Assembly: GCA_047615875.1 (NCBI GenBank)
Contig: JBLHGU010000005.1
Coordinates: 3,432-67,431, forward strand
Direction of reading: 5' to 3'
Origin: Parasphingorhabdus sp.
GTDB lineage: Bacteria; Pseudomonadota; Gammaproteobacteria; Arenicellales; CAJQKF01
Length of the DNA stretch: 64,000 bases
The position numbers were made by a program, and so were the translations under genes. Each line of letters starts with the position of its first letter. Positions within the stretch are counted from its first letter, which is position 1. The notes under the pieces are model-generated. The model was not told the origin of the DNA, ran no database searches, and was given only the letters and a program-made list of their open reading frames with translations. This document shows, one piece after another, positions 63,583 to 64,000 of this stretch.

Positions 63583-64000
63583 GACGAAGTTCTACGATAA
63601 TCCGCATCACACTGCTAATCTCCGCAGTTCTGCTGCTTGAATTACTTTGCCAGAAAGGCATTATCAGCCCGCTGCAACTAACAGCGCCATCGCGAATGGT
63701 GACAACGCTGGCTGATTTGATGGGTACTGGTGAATTCTGGCACCATGCAACTAAGACCGTACGCAATATCTTTATCGCAATCATTTTGGCAGCGGTACTA
63801 GGATTTCTCTTTGGTTTGCTCCTGTTTAAGCTTCCGCGGCTGCGTCGTGCTATGGAGCCGATAATCTCCAGTTACTACGCACTACCTTTCTTTGTCCTGT
63901 ATCCGCTGGCCATAGTAATTGTGGGGATGAATGATATCTCCATAATCCTGATGGGATTCGCTTACGCATTGGTAGCGATGATTACCAATACGCTAAGCGG
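63579..64000 (+). CDS. ABC transporter permease (N-terminal part; continues beyond the window)
   Basis: The frame is open from GTG 63579 (overlapping the ATPase stop, GTGA) to the window end. It translates to VRRSSTIIRITLLISAVLLL... with successive hydrophobic helices. It is absent from the ORF track because no stop is reached. Confidence 0.65.
   Translation, partial: MRRSSTIIRITLLISAVLLLELLCQKGIISPLQLTAPSRMVTTLADLMGTGEFWHHATKTVRNIFIAIILAAVLGFLFGLLLFKLPRLRRAMEPIISSYYALPFFVLYPLAIVIVGMNDISIILMGFAYALVAMITNTLS

Noticed and set aside
1-64000. Scan for CRISPR arrays, tRNA/rRNA genes, IS elements, integrases and prophage genes.
   Set aside because: None were recognised by eye:
- no regularly spaced direct repeats
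- no tRNA-like cloverleaf consensus segments in the intergenic regions
- no transposase- or recombinase-like ORFs

A tRNAscan/Infernal/ISfinder run would be needed to confirm their absence.

Overview
This is a gene-dense bacterial chromosomal window of about 55 CDS. I found no rRNA, tRNA, CRISPR array, transposase or integrase by eye. The gene content (two TRAP systems, a TTT system, a sulfonate-type ABC system, sulfatase, GcvT/DMGDH-type demethylation genes) suggests a marine Gammaproteobacterium. That is inference only and was not verified. Most of the window is transport and catabolism:
- a dgo-type sugar-acid operon (1-3.3 kb)
- dctPQM plus a D-aminoacylase (6-10.7 kb)
- tctCBA with a MarR-controlled operon of aminotransferase, ThDP enzyme, sulfatase, FAD oxidase and sulfotransferase (17.8-28 kb)
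- a methylamine/osmolyte-type cluster (33.6-40.7 kb)
- ion homeostasis genes for an MscK-like channel, MgtE and a RimK-RCK_C fusion (49-54.5 kb)
- a mixed oxidoreductase/TauD/ABC catabolic block (55.3-64 kb)

Four accessory modules stand out:
1. A four-gene operon at 12.26-17.72 kb: orphan membrane protein, CotH kinase-like protein fused to a beta-helix, VTC-domain polyphosphate-polymerase-like protein, and a DUF4956 membrane protein. This gene combination has no established function in bacteria and is my best candidate for an undescribed system.
2. A visibly AT-richer two-gene cassette at 28.3-30.8 kb. It encodes a TPR plus outer-membrane beta-barrel protein with Slam/type XI secretion-like architecture, and a downstream Cys/Pro-rich FN3-like exported protein. 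REP-like palindromes bracket it, and truncated AraC and LysR regulator remnants lie nearby.
3. A complete, translationally coupled Wadjet jetABCD anti-plasmid operon at 40.86-47.74 kb. It is inserted alone between metabolic genes, possibly flanked by imperfect direct repeats.
4. A decayed RelB/DinJ antitoxin pseudogene at 54.76-55.02 kb with no toxin partner.

All functional calls rest on motif, architecture and length recognition by eye. No database search or computed GC statistic was possible.
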